Positions 1 through 11,805 of a stretch of DNA of 64,000 bases are shown one piece after another (position 1 is the first letter of the stretch; every line of letters begins with the position of its first letter). The notes under the pieces are model-generated. The model had not been told where the DNA came from. It ran no database searches and saw nothing but the letters and a program-made list of their open reading frames with translations. The translations under genes and the position numbers were made by a program. Origin of the DNA: Candidatus Omnitrophota bacterium (GTDB lineage Bacteria; Omnitrophota; Gorgyraeia; Duberdicusellales; 4484-171); assembly GCA_043815445.1 (NCBI GenBank), contig JBDRIY010000019.1, forward strand, positions 5,368 to 69,367. Reading direction: 5' to 3'.

Positions 1-750
1 CTTCTGAAAATAAAAATCGCGCGCTCCCGCGCAATCAATAGTAGCAGTAACTTGAGGAACGCCTATACCTAAAACTCCTCTGGTAGTGCAGGCCGCTCCC
101 GGGCCCACCCCTACTAAAACTCCTGAACAGCCGGTCTCAAATAATTCTAAAGTAACCTCATAAGTAACACAATTACCTAAGATTACCGGTATTTTTCTTT
201 CTTGGCAAAACTTATATAAATCTAAAGGTTTATATAGGCTGGCAATATGTTTGGCGGTAGTTACGGTTGATTGAATAATAAAGCAATCAGCCCCCGCGTT
301 TTCAGCTAAAGGAGCAAACTTAGCGGCATTCTGAGGAATACAGCTTACCGCGGCATACCCCCCAGCTTTTTTTATTTCTTCAACTCTTTTAGCCACTAAT
401 TCTTCTTTGATAGGTTTAGTATACAATTTCTGAATTAGATTAGTTGCTTCTTCAGGTGTTGCCTTGGCAATTTCGCTTAAAACCTCGCTAGGGTTATCAT
501 ATCGAGTTTGCACCCCATCTAAATTTACAGCGGCAATTCCTCCTAACCGCGACATCTCCACAGCAAATTTAACATCCGCGACTCCGTCCATTGCCGCGGC
601 AAATATGGGAACAGCGAAAGCTTTACCGTTAAACTCCCAGCTAACGCCTACCTCTTCAGGGTTTATAGTAATTCTGCCCGGAGCAAGAGCAATTTCATCA
701 AAGCCATAGCATCTGCGCGCCCGTTTACCTATACCAATCCACTCTGCCAT
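1..750 (-). CDS. GuaB3-family IMP dehydrogenase-related protein (runs off window start)
   Basis: Not in ORF track. Manual translation from ATG at 750: MAEWIGIGKRARRCYGFDEIALAPGRITINP...AAAMDGV...VGVGPGAACTTRGVLGIGVPQ (IMPDH catalytic-loop motif). AGGAGG RBS at 755-760. Confidence 0.88.
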   Translation of the reverse strand, partial: MAEWIGIGKRARRCYGFDEIALAPGRITINPEEVGVSWEFNGKAFAVPIFAAAMDGVADVKFAVEMSRLGGIAAVNLDGVQTRYDNPSEVLSEIAKATPEEATNLIQKLYTKPIKEELVAKRVEEIKKAGGYAAVSCIPQNAAKFAPLAENAGADCFIIQSTVTTAKHIASLYKPLDLYKFCQERKIPVILGNCVTYEVTLELFETGCSGVLVGVGPGAACTTRGVLGIGVPQVTATIDCAGARDFYFQK

Positions 751-1601
751 ATTTCCTCCTTTAAAGTATTATTGACAAAATTTTCAACTTGCTCTTCAAC
801 CACCATGTCCTGCTTATTTACGCTTCCTAAAAGATAAATTCCTTTAAAATCCGTTAAAAATTTTTCTTTAGATATAACTTCCTCTTCGAAAAAATTAAGA
901 TTCGGCATAAATCCGCTGTCTACAAAAAGCAGCTGTGAAGAAAAAACTTTTAAAGGGGAAATCTTAATTGCTTTAATCATACTTTCCCCTACTGCTTCTT
1001 CTATAAAAGAATTAAGGTATAAAACAATATTTTTTTCCCGCAGCTCATTTATTATCGCCTCTTTATCTTCTCCTAAAAAATCAAAACTTTCGCTTACGAC
1101 CTTGACTTCTTTGCCTAAATAATTTAAAGCTCTGGCTAGCCTTATACCCAGCCAAGTAGAAACATAAACTGCTGCCTCGCCAGACACTCTCAACAAATCT
1201 TTTAACTTGAAGGAATCGATCTCCGAAAGATAAAAAAAACCTTCTCTATGTTCGCCCTTAATAGGCAGTTTCTTTGAAACCAATCCTGTTGTAATAACTA
1301 AATTCTCAAAACTTAAAGGTTCGACAGCTTTTCCGCCTAAGGCGGAAAAATAAATCTTTTTACGCTTAGGGTTAATTTTTTCTACCTTAGCGTTTATAAA
1401 TTCAGCCTTCAAGCCTTTAGCTAAGGAAAGAATGTCTTTTCTCCCGCTTATATCTCCGGGATTGGAAACAATAGTTTTTGGACAAAAATAATAAAGATCT
1501 TTATCTATAAGCGTAATCCCACACTCTAAATTTTCTGCCCTTATTTTCCGCACTAATGCCAAGCCCGCGATTCCCGAACCTAAAATGGTAATATTTTTCA
1601 T
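729..1601 (-). CDS. FAD-dependent pyridine nucleotide-disulfide oxidoreductase-like protein
   Basis: N-terminal Rossmann motif ITILGSGIAG and LVITTG motif. The second (NAD-binding) GxGxxG looks degenerate. Confidence 0.7.
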   Translation of the reverse strand: MKNITILGSGIAGLALVRKIRAENLECGITLIDKDLYYFCPKTIVSNPGDISGRKDILSLAKGLKAEFINAKVEKINPKRKKIYFSALGGKAVEPLSFENLVITTGLVSKKLPIKGEHREGFFYLSEIDSFKLKDLLRVSGEAAVYVSTWLGIRLARALNYLGKEVKVVSESFDFLGEDKEAIINELREKNIVLYLNSFIEEAVGESMIKAIKISPLKVFSSQLLFVDSGFMPNLNFFEEEVISKEKFLTDFKGIYLLGSVNKQDMVVEEQVENFVNNTLKEEIWQSGLV

Positions 1602-1640
1602 ATACTCGATACTTGATTTCCGATGCTTGATAGCTGATAT

Positions 1641-2483
1641 TTATTTTTGATAATTTTCCGCGGCTATTATTAAATTATAGTGAAGAAACATTGTAGTAAG
1701 TTTGCCCACGCCTCCGGGAACAGGGGTGATAAAAGAAGCTTTTTCTTTTGCTTTATCAAATTCTACGTCGCCGGTTATTACGCCCTGCTCTTCAACTATA
1801 CCCGCGTCAATTACCACTGCTCCTTGTTTAATCCATTCCCCTTTTATAAGGTTAGGCTTTCCTACTGCTGAAATTATAATATCGGCATTTTTTATGTATT
1901 CTTCCAGGTCACCAGCTTCATAAGTAGCGATATGAGTAATACTAACTGTAGCAAATTCATTTGCCAGCCATAAAGCTAAAGGTTTGCCTATAAGCGATGA
2001 AAAACCGACAACAACTGCTTTCTTAGCATAAGCTTTAACCCCGCAATAGCTAAATAACTTTATAATACTATTTACTGTAGGCGATATGTACATAGGCTCT
2101 CCTATTAAAAACTTTCCTAAGTTAACCGGATGCATCCCTTCAATGTCCTTATTCTCATCAAGCAAAGAAAATACCTCTACATCTTTCCACCCCGAAGGAA
2201 AAGGCTTATTGATAATGATGCCTGTTATACTTTCATCTCTATTTAACTTTACAATTTTTGATTTAAAATCTTCAAAAGAAATGCCTGAAAGCAGCTCAAC
2301 GGAAAGATATTTTATTCCCAACTTATCCGCAGTTTGTTTTTGCGAATTCTGGTAAGTTTGGGCTGAATAATCCTGCCCTATTATAACTGAAGCTAAACAT
2401 AATCCAGGCAAAACCCTAAGCCTTTCCTTAATTTCAGTTTCCAAACCGTTACATATTTCCTTTGAATCAAGTATTTCAGCCAT
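1641..2483 (-). CDS. folD: Methylenetetrahydrofolate dehydrogenase (FolD family)
   Basis: KDIEGMHPVNLG, ADIIISAVGKP, GDVEF and ITPVPGGVG motifs. Confidence 0.93.
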   Translation of the reverse strand: MAEILDSKEICNGLETEIKERLRVLPGLCLASVIIGQDYSAQTYQNSQKQTADKLGIKYLSVELLSGISFEDFKSKIVKLNRDESITGIIINKPFPSGWKDVEVFSLLDENKDIEGMHPVNLGKFLIGEPMYISPTVNSIIKLFSYCGVKAYAKKAVVVGFSSLIGKPLALWLANEFATVSITHIATYEAGDLEEYIKNADIIISAVGKPNLIKGEWIKQGAVVIDAGIVEEQGVITGDVEFDKAKEKASFITPVPGGVGKLTTMFLHYNLIIAAENYQK

Positions 2484-2492
2484 TTTTATATT

Positions 2493-3029
2493 TCATTCTT
2501 TCGTTTTCAATCTGTGTAATCTTTCCTTAATCTGCGTAATCAAAAGCCTATTGGCTTTTAGATTAGCTTCACAACCTTTAGCCGTGCTTTTTATAAAATC
2601 TAGCCCTATATTAAAATCGCTAATTATACTCTTTTTTATACTAGATTCTATCTCTTTGGCAAGAGAAAACACCTTTCGGCAGGCATCTTTAGTATTAAGA
2701 ATAATCTGGTTACTTTCTTTAACAAATCTTGCCCTTTTTTGGCCTTTTGTTAACATTACTTTTTCAAAAATATCACCATCTTTATCTATATAAGGATAAA
2801 TCTTCTTTTTTAAAGCTTCTAAATTAGTTAAGCTTTTTTTCAATTCTTTATTATTGGTTAATTGGCAGGTATCTTTAGATTTCAAACTTATAGAGTACTT
2901 AACTGCTTTCGCGACAAGGCCTACTCCCAGGCAAAAAACTAAACAAACCGCGCTCCCTCCACCCGGAGCCGGCTTTCTATCGCCTAAATCTTGCAAATAA
3001 CCTTTAAAATTATCTTTATAATGTTTCAT
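2493..3029 (-). CDS. Cyclodeaminase/cyclohydrolase family protein (FchA-like)
   Basis: PAPGGGSA motif and SDxxxG...N helix of the FTCD_C family. Adjacent to folD; ATG at 3029 preferred. Confidence 0.8.
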   Translation of the reverse strand: MKHYKDNFKGYLQDLGDRKPAPGGGSAVCLVFCLGVGLVAKAVKYSISLKSKDTCQLTNNKELKKSLTNLEALKKKIYPYIDKDGDIFEKVMLTKGQKRARFVKESNQIILNTKDACRKVFSLAKEIESSIKKSIISDFNIGLDFIKSTAKGCEANLKANRLLITQIKERLHRLKTKE

Positions 3030-3111
3030 AAGCAGCAACACATTTTTATTTTTCCCTCTCTCTCCTTCCCATCCCTCTCCCTATCAAGCATCGAGTATCG
3101 AGTATCAAGCA

Positions 3112-3459
3112 TCATTCATCCATATTAAAAGCATCCTTAATAAGATTATAATACAAAATGTCCTTTTTTTGAATAATTTCTAAAACATCAAAACGAAAAA
3201 ACCCTTTAGGGTTCTTAGCACTGTAAAAAAGCGCGGTTTTTCTAATCTTATCTCTTTTCTTCTTATCCACAGCCTCTCGGGGAAGATACTCTGCCTTATA
3301 ATACCTCATTTTAACTTCCACAAAAGAAGTAAATTGTTTATCTCTGGCAATAATATCAATTTCCCCAAACCAACTGCGAAAATTCCTCTTTAAAATCTTG
3401 TAACCCTTTGACTTTAAAAACTTAACCGCCTCACCCTCATAAAACTTCCCTTTATTCAT
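3112..3459 (-). CDS. yraN: YraN family (UPF0102) endonuclease-like protein
   Basis: GxxxE...L...GY.IL.RNFR...GEIDIIA...FVEVK...RFDV; typical rnhB neighbour. Confidence 0.9.
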   Translation of the reverse strand: MNKGKFYEGEAVKFLKSKGYKILKRNFRSWFGEIDIIARDKQFTSFVEVKMRYYKAEYLPREAVDKKKRDKIRKTALFYSAKNPKGFFRFDVLEIIQKKDILYYNLIKDAFNMDE

Positions 3460-3492
3460 ACAATTCTATACTAACATCCGCGTCCATCCGCG

Positions 3493-4071
3493 TTAATATC
3501 CGCGTTTATCCGCGCCGCCGCAAGGCGAAAAACTTCGGCGGTGAAAAGGTGTCAGAGGCTGTTTTTTTATCAAAGAAAAGTGCTCAGGCGTAGGATAACC
3601 CTTATGCTGAGAAAAATTCCACTGGGGATATAGAAAATCAACCATATCCATAAGATAGTCTCTTGCTACCTTTGCCGCGATTGAGGCGCAGGATACTTCT
3701 TTAATCTTCGCGTCTGCTTTTTCTAAACAAGTATAGTTTAAATTTAAATCGGTACGGAAATGATTACCGTCAATAATAAAATTCGCTGTTTTCAAATGAG
3801 GGACTTTTTTAAGAAGTTTTTTTATCGCTCTGTTAAATGCTAAAAAAGTTGCCTCTAAGATATTAAGCTTGTCTATCTCCTCAGGCCCGGCTAAACCAAC
3901 AGCAAAATCAGCTTGAGCACTAATCCAAGAAAAAGCTTCTTGTCTTTGCCGGCTGGAAAGAACTTTAGAATCTTTAGGCGTCCAAGAGGGCTGTTTTTTA
4001 AGGTGTAAAGCGCAAGCCGTAACTACCCCAGCTAAAGGCCCTCTACCTGCTTCATCTACGCCGACTATCAT
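3493..4071 (-). CDS. rnhB: Ribonuclease HII
   Basis: GVDEAGRGPLAG, DSK, ASIAAKVARD, HKGYPT and HRRSF motifs. Confidence 0.97.
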   Translation of the reverse strand: MIVGVDEAGRGPLAGVVTACALHLKKQPSWTPKDSKVLSSRQRQEAFSWISAQADFAVGLAGPEEIDKLNILEATFLAFNRAIKKLLKKVPHLKTANFIIDGNHFRTDLNLNYTCLEKADAKIKEVSCASIAAKVARDYLMDMVDFLYPQWNFSQHKGYPTPEHFSLIKKQPLTPFHRRSFSPCGGADKRGY

Positions 4072-4080
4072 ATTAAAATA

Positions 4081-4162
4081 AACGAAGGATGAAGGACGAC
4101 TGCTTCGCTAGAACGAAGGACGATTCTTTTCGTCCCTCATCCTTCGTCCCTCGTGCTTCGTT
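4081..4162. repeat. Heptamer-periodic inverted repeat, ACGAAGG/CCTTCGT family
   Basis: ACGAAGG ATGAAGG ACGA ... TCGTCCC TCATCCT TCGTCCC TCGTGCT TCGTT. Confidence 0.85.
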
Positions 4163-4165
4163 AAC

Positions 4166-4513
4166 TTACGCTACCATTGCCTTCTTGCCAACTCTTGCTC
4201 TTAAGTAATATAAACGCTTCCTACGCGGGTTGCGCCGGCCTTTTTTGGTTACTTCTATTTTTTCAATGTTAGGCGTATAGTAAGGAAAGGTCACCTCATA
4301 AGCCTGGCCGTAAGCAATTCTTCGAACCGTAAAGGTTTTTCTGTGCATCGCGCCCTGGGTTTTGATTACTACCCCTTCTACGGGATGCAGCCGTGTTTTA
4401 TCTTTCTCTCTAATCTTATAGTAAACCTTAATAATATCACCCTGCTTAAATTCAGGATACTCTTTCTTTAAATTTTCCTTTAACTCCTTCTCCACCATCA
4501 TTAGTTTATCCAT
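4166..4513 (-). CDS. rplS: 50S ribosomal protein L19
   Basis: PEFKQGD...EGVVI...[10 protein letters not shown]...RRKRLYYLR; follows trmD. Confidence 0.95.
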   Translation of the reverse strand: MDKLMMVEKELKENLKKEYPEFKQGDIIKVYYKIREKDKTRLHPVEGVVIKTQGAMHRKTFTVRRIAYGQAYEVTFPYYTPNIEKIEVTKKGRRNPRRKRLYYLRARVGKKAMVA

Positions 4514-4570
4514 CTTACACCTCCATTATATTTATATAGTATTGTCAAAAGTTTAATCACCAATTACTTT

Positions 4571-4745
4571 AATAACCAATAACCAAGATACAAACATCAA
4601 ACAATAACCAATGATCAAATTCAAATAACCAAACGGAAACGAAAAGAAGCCAAAAAAAAGAAAAGAACAGAGAAGAATTCGTTTGGTGATTGTATCTTGG
4701 TTATTGGAATTTGTTTGTATCTTGTATCTTGGTTATTGTATCTTT
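4571..4745. repeat. Heptamer-periodic inverted repeat, AACCAAT/AAGATAC family
   Basis: The right arm is the reverse complement of the left arm of 50750-50914. Confidence 0.88.
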
Positions 4746-4782
4746 AACTGTATTTTGGTTATTTACTTCCTCCTCTCTCCAT

Positions 4783-5478
4783 TTATCTTAATAAATCCGG
4801 CCTTTTCTTTTTAGTCATTTCCAAAGCCTTATTCTTCCTCCACTTTTCTATTTCAGCATGGTTGCCGCTAAGCAGCACCGCGGGAACTTTTAGCCCTCGA
4901 AAATCCTCCGGCCGGGTATAATGAGGAAAATCTAAGAGATTTTCCTCAAAGCTCTCTCTTTTTATAGACTCCTTGTTAGAAACAACTCCGGGAATCAGCC
5001 TTGCCAAACAATCTATAAAAACCATTGCTCCAAGCTCAGCCCCGCTTAAAATATAATCCCCAATTGATACCTCTTCATCAACTAAATACTTGTGTACCCT
5101 TTCATCAACCCCTTCATAACGGGGAGTAAGCAGCACTATTTGCTCATACTTTAAGAATTTTTTTACCATTTTTTGATTTAAAGTTTTACCCTTGGGGCTA
5201 AGCAGCACTACTTTTTTTTTGTTATCTTGCCTAACTTTGGGATATGTTGGACAACCTAATATTTTCTCCACCGCGATGAATAAAGGCTCTGGATTAAATA
5301 CCATTCCTCCCCCTCCATAAGAAGGAGCATCAACTTTTTTATGAAAATCAAGGCTATAGTCCCTTAAATTATGTATATTAATCTTCAACAATCCTTTAGC
5401 TTGCGCCCGCTTGATAATACTTTCTCCTATTACCGGAGAAAACATTTTGGGGAAAATAGTTATGACATCTATAATCAT
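4783..5478 (-). CDS. trmD: tRNA (guanine37-N1)-methyltransferase
   Basis: DVITIFP, RYEGVDERV, SIGDYILSG, YTRP and VPAVLLSGNH motifs. Confidence 0.97.
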   Translation of the reverse strand: MIIDVITIFPKMFSPVIGESIIKRAQAKGLLKINIHNLRDYSLDFHKKVDAPSYGGGGMVFNPEPLFIAVEKILGCPTYPKVRQDNKKKVVLLSPKGKTLNQKMVKKFLKYEQIVLLTPRYEGVDERVHKYLVDEEVSIGDYILSGAELGAMVFIDCLARLIPGVVSNKESIKRESFEENLLDFPHYTRPEDFRGLKVPAVLLSGNHAEIEKWRKNKALEMTKKKRPDLLR

Positions 5479-5487
5479 ATCTTTAAT

Positions 5488-5652
5488 AAAATTCGAAGTA
5501 CGAAATTCGAAATTCTAATGTTCAAATTTTCAAAACGGGAAATATTGTTTTGGTCATTTGAATTTTTGTCATTAGGATTTGCCCTTCGACTACGCTCAGG
5601 ATAGTGAACTTGTCGAACCATTTCGGATTTCGATATTCGGATTTCGGATTTT
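5488..5652. repeat. Heptamer-periodic inverted repeat, TCGAAAT/ATTTCGG family, with nested CCTTCGACTACGCTCAGG...GAACTTGTCGAACCA motif
   Basis: Related copies at 9755-9883 and a half copy at 59039-59073. Confidence 0.85.
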
Positions 5653-5663
5653 TTAATAGCAAT

Positions 5664-7791
<2,128 letters not shown>

Positions 7792-7852
7792 TTTTTATAC
7801 AAATTTTTATTCGCGTTAATCCGCGTTTCTTCAAAATCAGCGTATATCCGCG

Positions 7853-8563
7853 TCACGCAGAGGTATAAATTTTATCACTACGGGCTATTGATATTGAGCC
7901 AAAAAGCTCCTCTTGAACAGCAACTACCTCCCGCAATTTTATTAATTCCAGTATAGCTAAAAAGGTAACTACAATTTCTAATTTATTCCTAGCTTGGCTG
8001 AAAAGCTCTTTAAGAGCAACCTTTTCTTTAGTTAAAAGTAAGTGAAGTAAATCATGGACTTTTTCTTCTACAGTAAACTCATCTTTAACTACCTCAAAAA
8101 ATACATCTTTAGGTATTTCTTTTAAAGCGGTTTTAAAAGCGCTGATAAGATCAAAGATTGACGCTTCGATATATATCTCGTGAGAACCCTGAACCTGGCT
8201 TTGAGGCCGGCGGTAATATTTATCGCGCTCAAGTTCTTTTTCCCGAAAAAAATCAGCGGCTTCTTTAAATTTTTCATACTCTAGAAGCCTCCTGATTAGC
8301 TCTTCACGCGGGTCTTCTTCAGGAGCCTGCGGCTCTTCTTCCCTAGGCAAAAGCATTTTAGACTTAATATTAATCAAGTTAGCCGCGGTTACTAAATATT
8401 CTGACGCAAGATTTATATCTAAAAGCTTCATCAAATCCAAAAATTGAATATACTGCTCAACAACATCAGCTATAGGTATATCATAAATATTAAGATGATC
8501 TTTTTTTATAAGATAAAGAAGTAAATCTAAAGGGCCTTCAAAAATGTCTAAGTTAATCTTCAT
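7853..8563 (-). CDS. scpA: Segregation and condensation protein A
   Basis: FEGPLDLLLYLI, KSKMLLP, EDPREEL and VTFLAILEL motifs. Confidence 0.96.
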   Translation of the reverse strand: MKINLDIFEGPLDLLLYLIKKDHLNIYDIPIADVVEQYIQFLDLMKLLDINLASEYLVTAANLINIKSKMLLPREEEPQAPEEDPREELIRRLLEYEKFKEAADFFREKELERDKYYRRPQSQVQGSHEIYIEASIFDLISAFKTALKEIPKDVFFEVVKDEFTVEEKVHDLLHLLLTKEKVALKELFSQARNKLEIVVTFLAILELIKLREVVAVQEELFGSISIARSDKIYTSA

Positions 8564-8573
8564 AATTCTTTAA

Positions 8574-8708
8574 AAAATCTCAAATTCCAAGCATCAAATT
8601 ACAAATAAATCTCAAATCTCAAAATCCAAATTCCAATAGAAAGTTTCTTTATTTGGGATTTGAATATTGGAATTTATTTGTTATTTAGAATTTGTTATTT
8701 GGAATTTT
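8574..8708. repeat. Heptamer-periodic inverted repeat, AAATTCC/GGAATTT family
   Basis: 7-nt periodic left arm and reverse-complement right arm. Near-copies at 13506-13640, 18295-18455 and 58123-58259. Confidence 0.9.
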
Positions 8709-8732
8709 ATTTCTTATCTATAATAATATATC

Positions 8733-9743
8733 TCACAATCCCACTATCTCTTTAACTTCATCCAATGTTTGCGCGGCAGTTTCTTGGGCTTTTTTTCTGC
8801 CTTGTTCTAATATATCCTTTATATAATTCTTTTTGTTCAATATCTCTTGCTTTTTTGCCCTGCGAAGAACAATAAATTCTTCAAGAATTTTTACCAGCTC
8901 TTCTTTGCACTGGCGGCATCCTCTTTGAGCATTAATGCAATCTTTCTTAATTTGAGACAATTGGGGCTTTCCGTCAGAGGCGGATCCGTCTTCGGCGGAG
9001 AAAATAAAATAATAATCAAAAAGATTACAAACATCAGGATGCCCTGGGTCATTCCTTTTTTTTCTTGCCGGGTCGGTAAACATAGATAAAACTTTGCGGT
9101 TAAGTTCCTGACGGCTTTCATCAAGAGCAATATAATTTTGATAGCTTTTGCTCATTTTCCTTCCATCAAGGCCTAAAAAACGGGGAGTTGAAGCAAGGAT
9201 AGGTTTAGGCTCAACAAAAACTTTCTTTTTGTAAATAAAATGGAACTTGCGGACAATCTCCCGGCATAACTCTAAATGCGGAAGCTGGTCTTCACCTACC
9301 GGAACAGAATCAGCTTTATAGAGAAGGATATCCGAAGCTTGGAGAACGGGATAACCTAAGAAAGCGTAAGTATTTATCTCTTTATCTTTTAATTGAGCAA
9401 TCTGCTCTTTAAACGTTGGGCAGCGGTAAAGCCGGCTCAAAGGGACTAAAGCTGAAAGAATTGCCTCTAACTCTAAATGTTCAGGAACCTGAGACTGAAC
9501 AAAAATAACTGACTGATCAGGATCAATACCATAGCTTAACCAATCAGCCGCGTTATCGAAAATAGATTCTTTTATGATACCGGAATTTTTATATTCGCTC
9601 ATAAAAGCATGCCAGTCAGCAATCATAAAAAAGCATTTATACTCTTTTTGCAGCTTAGTCCAGTTCTCAAGCGCTCCCACCCAATGCCCTAGATGCAATT
9701 TACCTGTAGGCCGCATTCCGCTTAATATAATCTTCTTATCCAT
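8733..9743 (-). CDS. trpS: Tryptophan--tRNA ligase
   Basis: SGMRPTGKLHLGH, YPVLQASDIL, VPVGEDQ and KMSKS. ATG at 9743 preferred because the upstream extension is repeat DNA. Confidence 0.97.
   Translation of the reverse strand: MDKKIILSGMRPTGKLHLGHWVGALENWTKLQKEYKCFFMIADWHAFMSEYKNSGIIKESIFDNAADWLSYGIDPDQSVIFVQSQVPEHLELEAILSALVPLSRLYRCPTFKEQIAQLKDKEINTYAFLGYPVLQASDILLYKADSVPVGEDQLPHLELCREIVRKFHFIYKKKVFVEPKPILASTPRFLGLDGRKMSKSYQNYIALDESRQELNRKVLSMFTDPARKKRNDPGHPDVCNLFDYYFIFSAEDGSASDGKPQLSQIKKDCINAQRGCRQCKEELVKILEEFIVLRRAKKQEILNKKNYIKDILEQGRKKAQETAAQTLDEVKEIVGL
8970..8999. repeat. Tandem pair of 15-bp TCCG(C/T)C-NNN-GGCGGA palindromes in frame in trpS
   Basis: TCCGTCAGAGGCGGA TCCGTCTTCGGCGGA encodes SAEDGSASDG. 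The same unit occurs at 1332, 20046/20061, 25115 and 43346. Confidence 0.8.
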
Positions 9744-9754
9744 ATTTTTCTTTA

Positions 9755-9883
9755 AAAATTCGAAATAATTTAAATTCAAAACTCGAATATCGAAATCCGA
9801 AATGGTTCGACAAGCTCACCATTTCAAATTTCGGATTTCGTATTTCGAATTTTTATACATTTCGATATTCAGATTTCAGATTT
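9755..9883. repeat. Heptamer-periodic inverted repeat, TCGAAAT family, with nested ATGGTTCGACAAGCTCACCAT hairpin
   Basis: TCGAATA TCGAAAT CCGAAAT ... ATTTCGG ATTTCGT ATTTCGA. Confidence 0.85.
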
Positions 9884-9896
9884 ATTATTAATATTT

Positions 9897-11805
9897 TTAT
9901 TTCAATCTCCTTGCAATAATTTCTTCACTGTAAGCATCTATAAAATCTCCAGCCTGCATCTTATCGTAGCCTACACCTATTCCGCACTCAAAACCCTCAG
10001 CAACTTCTTTTACGTCGTCCTTAAACCTTTTTAAAGTTTTAATTTTTCCTTCAAAAATAATCTCATTAGCGCGCATAAGCTGTACGATTGAACCTCTGGT
10101 AATTTTTCCTTTTTCAACCATACATCCGGCTATTATACCGCTTTTAGAAAGTTTAAAAACCGCTTTAATCTTTGCTCGGCCGCAAAAGGTACGCTTAATC
10201 TGAGGAGTAAGCAAACCTTCTAAGGCTGCTTTAACATCATCAACAAGCTCATAAATTATCTGGTAAGACCTGGTTTCAATTCCTTTTTGCTTAGCCAAAT
10301 CTCTAACCTGAGCGCCTATATCAGCTTTAAACCCTACAATTATGGCATCAGTTACCTCAGCTAAAAGAATGTCTGAGGAATTGACAGCGCCCACACCCTT
10401 ATGAGTTATAACTAGATCAACTTCCTCAGAAGGAATCTTCCCCAAGGCGTCCTCTACCGCTTCCAGAGTTCCGCCTACATCCGCTTTTAGAATGATTTTT
10501 AGCTGCTTTGTGCTGCCTTCTTCTATTCTCTTATACAAATCTTCTAATTTAAAATGAGAAACCGGCACGAGTTTTTTTCTTTTATCGATTTCCCTTCTTT
10601 TTTCTACAATTTCTCTGGCGCTTTTTTCATTAGGAACTACTAATAACTGCTCTCCGGGATTAGGCACACCGTTTAAACCTAAAATCTCTACCGGAAAAGA
10701 GGGCCCAGCCAGCGGGCAATTATCGCCCCTATCATTATGCATTGCTTTTACCCTTCCCCAATAAAGGCCGCAAACGCACCAATCCCCTATTTTTATTACT
10801 CCTTCCTGAATTAGAGCAGCTATCAAAGGCCCTTTGCCTTTAGAAAGCCTTGCTTCAACAACAGCTCCCACAGCAGGCTTTTCATAATCAGCTTTAAGTT
10901 CCATTACATCGGCCTGGAGAACAATTAATTCTAAAAGCTCATCAATCTTTTCACCGGTTTTTGCTGAAACTCCTATAGTAATAGTTTTCCCTCCCCAGTC
11001 TTCAGGAACAAGCTCAGCCTTAGACAATTGCTGTTTAACCATATCTATATTAGCATTAGGCCGGTCAATTTTATTAATTGCCGCGATAATAGGAACTCCC
11101 GCGGCCCGGGCATGGTCAATTGCTTCTACTGTTTGAGGTTTAATTCCTTCATCAGCGGCAATCACTATAACAACAATGTCAGTAATATTAGCTCCTCTTG
11201 ACCGCATTGCTGTAAAAGTTTCATGGCCGGGAGTATCTAAAAAAGTAATTTTTCCCTTATCTAAAGTTACCTGATAAGCCCCCTATATGCTGAGTAATCC
11301 CTCCAGCTTCTTTGTCAACAATCTTGCTTTTCCTGATGCAGTCAAGGATACTCGTTTTCCCATGGTCAATATGGCCCATAAAAGTAACAATAGGAGCGCG
11401 TTCTTTCATATTTTTAGATTGGACTTTTAAAATTTCTTCTTCTTCGGTGAGTTTTTTCTTTAAATTAACCTTATAGCTATAGGCAATATCTGAAGCTATT
11501 TTTTCATTAAGGCTTTGATTTAAAGTAAAAAACTTACCTTGTTTTATCAGATCAGCTAAAAGTTCTGAAGATTTTTTATTTAATTTTACTGCCAGTTCTT
11601 TTACAGTTGTAGGGAAATCAATCTCTATAACGTTACTTTCAATTTCCTTTTTATCCAGTTCGCCAACCTCATGCTTGATAATCTCCGCGGTCTGGGCGTC
11701 TACACTGGACATATGATTTTTTACTGGAAATTTAAGGTTCTTAAGCTTTTTAATCAGCTCCTTACTATCTATCCCCAGCTCTTTAGCAAGTTCATGGATT
11801 CTCAT
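9897..11805 (-). CDS. infB: Translation initiation factor IF-2, split by a 1-nt frameshift at the C5 run 11279-11283
   Basis: ORF 11257-11805 has [19 protein letters not shown] and GGITQHIG. Removing one G gives [21 protein letters not shown], which continues into ORF 9897-11207. Confidence 0.95.

Noticed and set aside
11257-11290. Programmed ribosomal frameshift in infB
   Set aside because: No canonical slippery heptamer or stimulatory structure, and no precedent known to me. A homopolymer error is more parsimonious.
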